A stretch of 64,000 nt of DNA from Clostridia bacterium (GTDB lineage: Bacteria > Bacillota > Clostridia > Oscillospirales > Acutalibacteraceae): assembly GCA_017403265.1 (NCBI GenBank), contig JAFQOJ010000017.1:1196-65195 (forward strand), read 5' to 3'. A program made the translations under genes and the position numbers. The stretch's first letter is position 1; each line of letters opens with the position of its first letter. Shown one piece after another: positions 18,500 to 25,970 of this stretch. The notes under the pieces are model-generated. The model had not been told where the DNA came from. It saw nothing but the letters and a program-made list of their open reading frames with translations, and did not search any database.

Positions 18500-19426
18500 C
18501 TAATCTATAAATCTTGTGATAAAATCCCTAATGGTTTTTATCGTAAATTCGGCAGTAGGTACGATAAGGTCCTCACTTATATACTTTAAAGTAACTTCCG
18601 AATTAAAGTTATTATTATAACTTATTTCCTTAAGCGCATTAAATACGTCAACCCAATCGATTGTGCCACCGCAAAGTATACGGTGACCGTCAAAATAGCC
18701 GTCGTTATCATGTAGATGCAAGCAATATACGTTATCACCCATACGCCTTATAAATTCGGCAGGAGTCGGTTGATTATGCTGACCTGTCATATTTATATGT
18801 CCCGTATCGATACAGCACACCCACCATTCAGCACATTCGGGGTTCATATCTCTAACGTCGTCAAATAATGCTCTAAACTCATCATAAGCGCCAAAAAAGT
18901 CGAGCTTATTATTTAGTGTCCAGTTAGAGCCTACTGTTTCGAGCGCTACTTTAACGTTGTTTTCTTTACCAAAGGGTAAAATGCTTGAAAAAGCGCGACG
19001 TGCTCTAAAGCGCATCTCTTCAGGTGTAGCATTAGGATTTGAAAGGTCGCTTCCGGGGTGGAATACGCAAACCGGTGCTCCCAAAATTTTAGAAGCCTTT
19101 AAGTCACACTCTGCATTTTTAGGGAAAGTAACGGTATTATATTCTTCATCATTTTCTCTAAAGGTACGCATTGTGCCATGGGTTTGAAAAATTACTAAGC
19201 CGCGTTTTTCCACTTCATTTTTAATGTTTTCAAAATAAGCCGAAAATTCTTGCTCGCTTTTCAAATAAATAGAATCAGGATTTGTAAAAAGATTATAATC
19301 ATTTAAATCAAAATCTATTCCGTCAAAGCCTAATTCTTTTATAATATCCAAAGAATCAAGAAAGCCGTATTTATCCGCCCAAGTGCCCGATAAAGCACCT
19401 ATACACAGACTGATTTTTCTTTCCAT
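18500..19426 (-). CDS. Sugar phosphate isomerase/epimerase family protein, paralog 2
   Basis: Collinear with the neighbouring gene and roughly two-thirds identical by eye (for example VFHPGSDLSNPNATPEEMRFRARRAF is shared). Confidence 0.7.
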   Translation of the reverse strand: MERKISLCIGALSGTWADKYGFLDSLDIIKELGFDGIDFDLNDYNLFTNPDSIYLKSEQEFSAYFENIKNEVEKRGLVIFQTHGTMRTFRENDEEYNTVTFPKNAECDLKASKILGAPVCVFHPGSDLSNPNATPEEMRFRARRAFSSILPFGKENNVKVALETVGSNWTLNNKLDFFGAYDEFRALFDDVRDMNPECAEWWVCCIDTGHINMTGQHNQPTPAEFIRRMGDNVYCLHLHDNDGYFDGHRILCGGTIDWVDVFNALKEISYNNNFNSEVTLKYISEDLIVPTAEFTIKTIRDFITRFID

Positions 19427-19526
19427 AAAACCACCCTTTTACCATAATTTATATTTATACTTTTATTATATAGCGCAAAAGAAATATGTCAATAGTAAAA
19501 AATAGAGTTGAAAATTCAAAAAAAAG

Positions 19527-19555
19527 TTGTTTTCTTTAAGATTAAGTGGTATAAT
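19527..19555 (+). promoter_or_regulatory. Sigma-A-type promoter upstream of asp23-family gene
   Basis: TTGTTT (19527-19532), 17-nt spacer, TGgTATAAT (extended -10; TATAAT at 19550-19555). Confidence 0.5.
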
Positions 19556-19599
19556 AGTAAAAAAGTACTAAAATGTTATCATATATGGAGGTTAAACCT

Positions 19600-19968
19600 A
19601 TGGCAAATACAAGCTCCGCTCTTTCTATCAATGTTGATGTTTTAAAGAAAATCACTAAGCTCGCCGCTACCGAAGTAAACGGTGTTGTGGGTATTCCTAA
19701 TAAGAACATAGACCTTAAAGGTATTGTTAAATCTAAAAACCCCTTTGCTGGTGTTAAGGTTGAAAATGTAAACGGTGCCTTGGAAATTAGCGTTTACATA
19801 ATTGTAAGCAAGGATGTTAACGTTAAAACCATCGCTGAAGAAGTTCAAGCAAACGTAAAAGACAAAATCCAAACTATGACAGGCAGCGCTGTTACCAAGG
19901 TTAACGTTATTGTTTCTGACATTAAGCTTAAAGATGATGAAATAGAAACAGACGAAACCGAAGAATAA
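19600..19968 (+). CDS. Asp23/Gls24 family alkaline shock protein
   Basis: Asp23-family sequence (KIAATEVNGVVG...). ATG at 19600 is preceded by a GGAGG SD. The track start at 19573 is probably too early. Confidence 0.8.
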   Translation: MANTSSALSINVDVLKKITKLAATEVNGVVGIPNKNIDLKGIVKSKNPFAGVKVENVNGALEISVYIIVSKDVNVKTIAEEVQANVKDKIQTMTGSAVTKVNVIVSDIKLKDDEIETDETEE

Positions 19969-19984
19969 ATTTAAATTATGCTAA

Positions 19985-20026
19985 AAAGCCAACCGATTCT
20001 GCAATGAATCAGTTGGCTTTTATTTT
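19985..20026. terminator. Bidirectional terminator between asp23-family gene and cysK
   Basis: AAAGCCAAC (19985-19993) / GTTGGCTTT (20012-20020) with further pairing inside, followed by TATTTT. Confidence 0.6.
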
Positions 20027-20957
20027 AATCTTCAAACATTGGTGTGGATAAATATCTATCCCCTGTATCAGGTAAAATAACAACAATGTTTTTTCCGTAG
20101 TTTTCTTCACGCTTTGCAAGCGCTATTGCAGCATTTAAAGCCGCGCCCGAAGAAATCCCCACAAGAATACCTTCCTTTTTTCCTATTAAACCGCCAACCG
20201 CGAAAGCATCTTCATCCGTGACGGTTATAACTTCATCATAAACCGATGTATCAAGTACTTTTGGTACAAAGCCTGCACCTATGCCTTGTATTCCGTGGGG
20301 TCCGCCTACACCTGATGATAGTACAGCAGAGCTTTTTGGCTCAACCGCAACAACCCTTACATTTGGATTTTTAGATTTTAAATATTGCCCTACACCTGTA
20401 ATTGTTCCGCCTGTTCCTACACCCGAAACAAAAATATCAACCTCACCGTCGGTATCCTCCCATATTTCAGGGCCGGTGGTTTTTTTGTGTGCAAGCGGAT
20501 TAGCAGGATTTACAAATTGCCCAGCAAGAAAGCTATTTGGTATTTCTTTCGAAAGCTCTTGCGCTTTCGCTATTGCACCTTTCATTCCCAAAGCACCTTT
20601 GGTTAATACAAGCTTGGCACCGTAAGCCTTCATTAATAAACGGCGTTCTATCGACATTGTTTCAGGCATTACAATAATAATTTTATATCCCCTTGCCGCC
20701 GCAACCGCTGCGAGCCCAATACCTGTATTACCCGAAGTTGGCTCAATAATGGTTGAGCCTTTTTTTAATATACCTTTACTTTCGGCGTCATCAATCATTG
20801 CTTTTGCAACGCGGTCTTTTATAGAGCCTGCAGGATTAAAGCATTCAAGTTTTGCAAGAAGCTTTGCTTCAAGCTTTAAATCCCTTTGAATATTTGTAAG
20901 CTCTACAAGTGGAGTTTTGCCGATTAACTCATCAACCGATTTGTATATTTTTGACAT
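20025..20957 (-). CDS. cysK: Cysteine synthase A (O-acetylserine sulfhydrylase)
   Basis: PLP-lysine context NPAGSIKDR, glycine loop SGVGTGGTITG, typical length of 310 aa. Confidence 0.9.
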   Translation of the reverse strand: MSKIYKSVDELIGKTPLVELTNIQRDLKLEAKLLAKLECFNPAGSIKDRVAKAMIDDAESKGILKKGSTIIEPTSGNTGIGLAAVAAARGYKIIIVMPETMSIERRLLMKAYGAKLVLTKGALGMKGAIAKAQELSKEIPNSFLAGQFVNPANPLAHKKTTGPEIWEDTDGEVDIFVSGVGTGGTITGVGQYLKSKNPNVRVVAVEPKSSAVLSSGVGGPHGIQGIGAGFVPKVLDTSVYDEVITVTDEDAFAVGGLIGKKEGILVGISSGAALNAAIALAKREENYGKNIVVILPDTGDRYLSTPMFED

Positions 20958-21037
20958 AATAATTTGCTCCTTTGTGTAAGTGTATTAAGCATTTATATTT
21001 ATTATATCAACTTTTAACCTAAAATTCAATTATTCAT

Positions 21038-21081
21038 TAAAAAGAATAACACCCGACTTTGTTTTTTTCAAAAGTCAGGTG
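21038..21081 (-). terminator. Probable terminator overlapping the stop codon of the four-helix-bundle gene
   Basis: CACCCGACTTT (21050-21060) / AAAGTCAGGTG (21071-21081) with one wobble. On the minus strand it is followed by TTATTCTTTTT. Confidence 0.45.
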
Positions 21082-21425
21082 CTAATTTTATTCTCAATAG
21101 TAATACAAGAAGATGTAAGTATTCGCCTGATTCTGCCGCAGTGATTTCTATGTTTTTTAAATACAATTTCATCGATAAAACCAGAAGAAAATAAAAGTTT
21201 CAGCCAGCCTTCTGTTTCATTACATTCTTTACGTGCAATTTTAAGTTTCGAAAGCATATCAGGTAAACTTTGCGGATATTGGGCTTCCATAACATTTGCA
21301 AAAACACTTGATGAAGATTTACGAATTTGAAAAACAGCATTAGAATTTCCCGTTATATTTTTACATAAAGCTTCAATTTCAATTGCTAACTGTTCAGAAT
21401 ATTTCAAAAGTACATTATTGCTCAT
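21075..21425 (-). CDS. Four-helix-bundle protein (23S rRNA IVS protein / Avd-like family)
   Basis: About 116 aa, all-helical, with the family-typical central segment LKIARKECNETEGWLKLL. ATG at 21425 with a GGTGA SD. The track start at 21506 runs into the promoter. Confidence 0.7.
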   Translation of the reverse strand: MSNNVLLKYSEQLAIEIEALCKNITGNSNAVFQIRKSSSSVFANVMEAQYPQSLPDMLSKLKIARKECNETEGWLKLLFSSGFIDEIVFKKHRNHCGRIRRILTSSCITIENKIST

Positions 21426-21441
21426 AATTATCACCAAAATA

Positions 21442-21470
21442 ATTGTAACACAATTAAACAAATTTCGCAA
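21442..21470 (-). promoter_or_regulatory. Sigma-A-type promoter of the four-helix-bundle gene
   Basis: On the minus strand: TTGCGA (21470-21465), 17-nt spacer, TGtTACAAT (TACAAT at 21447-21442). Confidence 0.55.
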
Positions 21471-21476
21471 CCGAAT

Positions 21477-21652
21477 CACGGCTTTGCCGTGTATGTAATC
21501 CGACAAAGTCGGTATGTAATCAACACGAAGTGTTGTATGTAATCAATCCAAAGAAAAATACATACAAGGCTTATGCCTTGATAACATACAGTTCGCAAAG
21601 CGAACTGATTACATTCCGCTTACGCGAATTACATACCAATCCTTTGGATTGG
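21477..21652. repeat. Array of seven 10-nt motif copies (GTATGTAATC / GATTACATAC) alternating with seven distinct short hairpins
   Basis: Plus-strand copies lie at 21491-21500, 21512-21521 and 21535-21544. Inverted copies lie at 21556-21565, 21580-21589, 21607-21616 and 21627-21636. Hairpins lie at 21477-21491, 21500-21512, 21522-21534, 21565-21580, 21590-21606, 21614-21628 and 21636-21652. Confidence 0.85.
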
Positions 21653-21659
21653 ATAAAAT

Positions 21660-21690
21660 AAAAGGACTACCGAAGTAGTCCTTTTATTTT
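21660..21690 (-). terminator. Intrinsic terminator following tRNA-Lys (structurally bidirectional)
   Basis: Perfect 11-bp stem AAAAGGACTAC (21660-21670) / GTAGTCCTTTT (21675-21685) with loop CGAA and T-runs on both strands. Confidence 0.8.
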
Positions 21691-21766
21691 TGGTGATCCA
21701 TCGGGGATTCGAACCCCGGACACCTTGATTAAAAGTCAAGTGCTCTACCGTCTGAGCTAATGAATC
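21691..21766 (-). tRNA. tRNA-Lys (anticodon UUU), CCA encoded
   Basis: The reverse complement folds as a 76-nt cloverleaf. Acceptor stem GATTCAT/ATGGATC, D arm GCTC-AGACGGTA-GAGC, anticodon arm CTTGA-CTTTTAA-TCAAG, T arm CGGGG-TTCGAAT-CCCCG, then ACCA. Confidence 0.93.
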
Positions 21767-21784
21767 ATTTTTGACAGCCTTAAT

Positions 21785-21813
21785 ATTATATCAACTACTT
21801 ACGCGAATGTCAA
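21785..21813 (-). promoter_or_regulatory. Consensus sigma-A promoter of tRNA-Lys
   Basis: On the minus strand: TTGACA (21813-21808), 17-nt spacer, TATAAT (21790-21785). The tRNA 5' end lies about 19 nt downstream of the -10. Confidence 0.75.
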
Positions 21814-21822
21814 TAAAAAATT

Positions 21823-22098
21823 TCAATTTTTGTAAAATTTTACGAAAACCAACAATATTGCCGCTATTTGCACCAAAATAATTATGGGTAAACCCAACAT
21901 AAACTTAGTATGCTTGGTTTTGTGGCGTATTATTCGCATTGTAATATACATAGCCAAAGCGCCGCCTAAAACAGACAAAAAAAGCAAAGCATTCTCACTT
22001 GTTCTCTGCCACTTATGTTTTGCCGCTATTTTATCGTATATGCAAACAATTACACTAACTACACTAATTGCCGCTAAATAGTATAAAAGATATTTCAT
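21823..22098 (-). CDS. DUF1294 family membrane protein
   Basis: 91 aa with DKxxAKxxxxRxxE...GGxxG..xxMxxxRHKT, the pattern typical of DUF1294. Confidence 0.7.
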   Translation of the reverse strand: MKYLLYYLAAISVVSVIVCIYDKIAAKHKWQRTSENALLFLSVLGGALAMYITMRIIRHKTKHTKFMLGLPIIILVQIAAILLVFVKFYKN

Positions 22099-22180
22099 TG
22101 TTAATTCTCTTTCTTATTATTAACCGTTTCCTTGTGTTCTTAATTTTAATGTATAACATATCAAGTTATAACAAAAATAT

Positions 22181-22783
22181 TTATAAATTAATTTCTCTGT
22201 TTTTAAAATAATACTTTTTGTCACGCTCATTTATTTCCCTTAAAACACGGCAAGGATTTCCCACAGCAACCACATTAGAGGGAATATCTTTTGTAACTAC
22301 ACTTCCGGCACCTATGACAGTATTTTCCCCTATCGTAATTCCCGGAACAATGATAGCACCAGCTCCTATCCAACAATTTTTGCCTATTCTAACAGGTGCA
22401 TTATATTGATACGCCTTTTCTCGAAGCTCCGGCAAAATTGGATGTCCCGCTGTTGCTACTGTTACATTGGGGCCGAACATTGTGTAATCGCCTACATAAA
22501 TATGAGTGTCATCAACCATTGTTAAATTAAAATTAGCATAAACGTTTTTACCAAAATGTATATGTTTTCCTCCCCAATTTGAATGAAACGGAGGTTCAAT
22601 ATAACATCCTGTTCCCAGTTCTGCAAACATTTCCTTGAGAAGCTGTTCTCTCTTATCCAATTCGCTTGGACGGGTATTATTAAACTCAAACAATTTTTCC
22701 AAACATTTTAATTGTTCTTTCATAATTTCTTCATCACTGGGTAGATATAGTTCGCCGGAATGCAATTGTTCATACTTACTCAT
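22181..22783 (-). CDS. Maltose/galactoside O-acetyltransferase family (hexapeptide-repeat)
   Basis: Mac-type N-terminal domain (MSKYEQLHSGELY...) followed by left-handed beta-helix hexapeptide repeats. ATG at 22783 with a GAGGG SD. Confidence 0.8.
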   Translation of the reverse strand: MSKYEQLHSGELYLPSDEEIMKEQLKCLEKLFEFNNTRPSELDKREQLLKEMFAELGTGCYIEPPFHSNWGGKHIHFGKNVYANFNLTMVDDTHIYVGDYTMFGPNVTVATAGHPILPELREKAYQYNAPVRIGKNCWIGAGAIIVPGITIGENTVIGAGSVVTKDIPSNVVAVGNPCRVLREINERDKKYYFKNREINL

Positions 22784-22851
22784 ATTATATCCCTCACACT
22801 TTATTTTCCTACATTTTACCTTTAATAAACTAGGCATTAATTATACCACTT

Positions 22852-23544
22852 TTACACCACTTTTTCAATTTGTTTTTTAAGCTTATTTATTATCCGCTTT
22901 TCAAGCCGAGATATATACGACTGCGAAATACCCAATGTATCAGCAACTTCTTTTTGGGTATATTCTTCATAGCCGTTCATACCAAATCGCATTTCCATAA
23001 TCTGCTTTTCACGTGCAGGCAACCCATTCACAAAACTATTGAGAAGTTGTTTTTCGTCTTCCTGCTCTACTCCTCTGCCTATTTCGTCACCGTCACTGCC
23101 TAAAACATCGGATAGCAACAACTCATTTCCATCCCAATCAACATTCAAAGGCTCGTCGATAGAAATTTCGTGCCGTTGAGATGAGCTTTTACGCAAAAAC
23201 ATTAAAATCTCATTTTCAATACAACGCGATGCGTAGGTTGCAAGCTTTATATTTCTTTCAGGGCAAAAGGTGTTAACCGCTTTTATAAGACCTATTGTGC
23301 CTATAGAAATTAAGTCTTCAATATTGGTATTGGTGCTTTCAAACTTGCGCGCAATATAAACCACAAGCCTTAGATTATGCACTATTAAAGAATCTCGCGA
23401 GGATTTATCGTTTTTATTTACAAGCTCTACTTCTTCTGTATATGTAAGCGGTGCTGGTAAAATTTCGGGCCCATTTATATAAAATGTAGGCTTTACAATA
23501 CCTAGTTTAAAAAGAACTTTATTTAAAATATTTTTGAGTGTCAT
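22852..23544 (-). CDS. sigE: Sporulation sigma factor SigE (pro-sigma-E)
   Basis: Near-collinear with B. subtilis SigE ([58 protein letters not shown]). Located downstream of spoIIGA. ATG at 23544 follows an AAGGTG SD. Confidence 0.9.
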   Translation of the reverse strand: MTLKNILNKVLFKLGIVKPTFYINGPEILPAPLTYTEEVELVNKNDKSSRDSLIVHNLRLVVYIARKFESTNTNIEDLISIGTIGLIKAVNTFCPERNIKLATYASRCIENEILMFLRKSSSQRHEISIDEPLNVDWDGNELLLSDVLGSDGDEIGRGVEQEDEKQLLNSFVNGLPAREKQIMEMRFGMNGYEEYTQKEVADTLGISQSYISRLEKRIINKLKKQIEKVV

Positions 23545-23549
23545 ATTAA

Positions 23550-24380
23550 TCACCTTAAAATTTTTGGATTTATAATTGCATCATAGTCATCATTAAGCGG
23601 TGCTTTAGACACCGCTAAAATGGGCTTTTTAAGAAGGATTTTTTTACCGTTTGCTTGCAAATAAGCCCTTTCACAACGAAAGCCTTCTAAACTGCCGTCC
23701 CCCGAAACAGTATTACAGGGCAGAAGCCTATAAAGGTGGGCATATTGGCTGTTTTCCAAACGGTCAATATTACCAAATAAAGATACCACCTTAGATTTAT
23801 CAGCTATAATAATATCGCTATCTGAAAAAATATCTTCTAAAGAATTCCCCGTATCAGCAATTGCCCGAAGCTTTATCTCCTTACCGTCAGCAGTAACTGT
23901 AATATCACACCGCAAAGCATCGGGACTGCTTTTTTTGAAAATTTTAAAGCTTAGAGTAAAAACAATATACCCTACCGCAGAAAAAATCACCAGCATAAGC
24001 GGTGAAATATTAAAGTACACAACCGAGTTATTTATAACCATACCGTAAGGCTTAAATATAATCCATAAAGCGAACATTATCCCACCGTAAGCACAGCTGA
24101 CACCTAAAAAAACCGCTACATTTTTCAAATACCCTTTTACCCCCGAAAACTTATAACAAACAAGCGTTAAAAGAAAAGCTATTGCGGTTTTATATAAAAA
24201 TTCTACTATTACTTTTTGCTGGGGTAAATATATGTAAGTGCTTGAAATCCCACCTATAAATGCCGCTAAAACCGTACGGGCAGTAGTGGTTTTAGCACCC
24301 GTAATTTTACAAGAAGCCAAAAGTAAAAAATAATCGACCAAAGTATTTAAAAATATCAGCACATCCATATAAACAATCAA
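23550..24380 (-). CDS. spoIIGA: Sigma-E processing peptidase SpoIIGA
   Basis: Five N-terminal TM segments, C-terminal aspartic protease motif (IADTGNSL), location upstream of sigE. TTG start at 24380 after a GGTGA SD. Confidence 0.85.
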   Translation of the reverse strand: MIVYMDVLIFLNTLVDYFLLLASCKITGAKTTTARTVLAAFIGGISSTYIYLPQQKVIVEFLYKTAIAFLLTLVCYKFSGVKGYLKNVAVFLGVSCAYGGIMFALWIIFKPYGMVINNSVVYFNISPLMLVIFSAVGYIVFTLSFKIFKKSSPDALRCDITVTADGKEIKLRAIADTGNSLEDIFSDSDIIIADKSKVVSLFGNIDRLENSQYAHLYRLLPCNTVSGDGSLEGFRCERAYLQANGKKILLKKPILAVSKAPLNDDYDAIINPKILR

Positions 24381-24467
24381 TTAAATCACCAAATATATTA
24401 TACCGTGAAACAAATGAAAATTTTGTCGATAAGAGAGCGCTTTTAAAAAATAGTTTTTAATTGAAAT

Positions 24468-24499
24468 ATAAAAAAACTGTCCCACTTATTTGTGAGACA
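24468..24499 (-). terminator. Probable terminator of htrA
   Basis: TGTCCCAC (24478-24485) / GTGAGACA (24492-24499) with one mismatch. On the minus strand it is followed by GTTTTTTTATATTT. Confidence 0.5.
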
Positions 24500-24520
24500 A
24501 TTTTGCATTTAAAATTTAGT

Positions 24521-25969
24521 TTATTCACCAAACGGGAAGTTAAAGGCTCCGCCGTTACCTTCACTTTCGTCAGGAAGTTGCGGTAATGCATTGTTGTTTT
24601 GTTGTTCTTTTGTGAAGTAACTCGACTCACCCACATTAGCCTTTAAGGTTGCTTGTATAGATTTAGACTTGCCGCTCGAATTCACAAAGGTCACCTTAAC
24701 ATTATCCCCTGCTTTTGATTTTTCTATAATATCAAGCACAATTTCATCGCTTGTTACTTCTATACCGTTTATATGGGTTATAATATCTCCCTTTGTAACT
24801 TTTCCGAAAAGGTCACTATCCTCCGAAACCGAGTCAACATAAAGACCTTCATACTTATACCCTTCGATTTCAGCCGAAACCGAATCAATTGCTCTATAGG
24901 TTATACCCAATTTCGCGCGGCTTAAAACCTTACCGCTTTTAATAAGCTCTTCTACGATACGCTTAACCGTAGTGGTAGGAATAGCATAACCTACAGCATC
25001 AATATCGCTTGACGCTAGCTTTGAAGAAGTGATACCCACAACCTGACCGTACATATTAACCAGCACCCCGCCTGAGCTTCCGGGGTTTATGGGGCAATCT
25101 GTTTCGATAAGGCGCGCCGAATAGCTTGAAGTGGTTTGCACTCGCCTTGAAGTTGCCGAAACAATACCCTTTGTAACGCTTGACGCATTTGTAGCTCCAC
25201 CGGGTCTTCCGATTGCTACCACATTTTCGCCGAAAATAATCTGATTGGAGTTGCCGAATACAGCTGCTTTAAAGCTTCCGTCATTCACCTTTAATACCGC
25301 TAAATCAGACACCTTATCGCCGGCAATATACTGCGCATCATATTCCTTATTGTCATAGGTGTAAATTTTAAATTTTGGTGAAGCAATTTCGGAATAAATG
25401 TGGTCGTTTGTTACAATATATCCGTCATTAGAATAAACCACACCGCTGGCATTTGCCATTTCACCCGAAGCATTATAAATAACTATACCCACAACGCTTG
25501 CATTAACCTTTTCATAAACCTGTGCGGCGGTCATTTCGTCGGTGTTTGTGGGCTTAGCCTCCAAACCAACTACCGCCTCACCCTTGGAAAACGACTGCGA
25601 TACCGAAACCTTACCTAAATAGTAGCCACCTGCACACGCTGCGGTTAAAGCGATTACCAAAGCAAGTAACAGTGCAAAAAATTTAAGACCGCGGCTCATT
25701 GGCTTGGTAGTTTCCATAGGTTCTACCTTTGTATAGTTTATGGGACTGTAGGGTGGAATATATGGCGCCTTCGTTTCAGGCTCAGGTTGTTCAGTTTCAA
25801 CTGTTTCAAACACTTCTTCCACCATATCAGCATCATTTCCCACACTCTCGGCAGGCTCTGCCACAGGAGCGTCTGCTTGCTCAGAAAATTCTGTAACACC
25901 GTCTTGTGTTTCGGTCTTGGGCGCCTGTTCATTTTCAAGGTTATCGTTTAAATTATTAAAATCTTCCAT
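24521..25969 (-). CDS. htrA: HtrA/DegP-family serine protease with PDZ domain
   Basis: Catalytic triad contexts TNDHI, DLAVLK and NPGSSGG. One TM segment follows an acidic N-terminal region. C-terminal PDZ domain. ATG at 25969 with a GGAG SD. Confidence 0.9.
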   Translation of the reverse strand: MEDFNNLNDNLENEQAPKTETQDGVTEFSEQADAPVAEPAESVGNDADMVEEVFETVETEQPEPETKAPYIPPYSPINYTKVEPMETTKPMSRGLKFFALLLALVIALTAACAGGYYLGKVSVSQSFSKGEAVVGLEAKPTNTDEMTAAQVYEKVNASVVGIVIYNASGEMANASGVVYSNDGYIVTNDHIYSEIASPKFKIYTYDNKEYDAQYIAGDKVSDLAVLKVNDGSFKAAVFGNSNQIIFGENVVAIGRPGGATNASSVTKGIVSATSRRVQTTSSYSARLIETDCPINPGSSGGVLVNMYGQVVGITSSKLASSDIDAVGYAIPTTTVKRIVEELIKSGKVLSRAKLGITYRAIDSVSAEIEGYKYEGLYVDSVSEDSDLFGKVTKGDIITHINGIEVTSDEIVLDIIEKSKAGDNVKVTFVNSSGKSKSIQATLKANVGESSYFTKEQQNNNALPQLPDESEGNGGAFNFPFGE

Positions 25970-25970
25970 A

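Noticed and set aside
20958-21074. T-box or other leader upstream of cysK
   Set aside because: The spacer is about 115 nt, and part of it is the terminator of the upstream gene. No specifier/T-box sequence or antiterminator is recognisable.
21477-21652. Possible CRISPR array (regular repeat-spacer alternation)
   Set aside because: The repeat is only 10 nt. The 'spacers' are 11-17 nt perfect palindromes. The repeat orientation flips mid-array, and no cas genes are present. This is not CRISPR architecture.
21691-21766. tRNA-Lys as integration site of a genomic island or prophage
   Set aside because: There is no integrase, no duplicated tRNA 3' segment and no mobile-element genes on either side. 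The flanking genes are cysK, a DUF1294 protein and an acetyltransferase. Only an 11-nt direct repeat was found, and it is reported separately at low interest.
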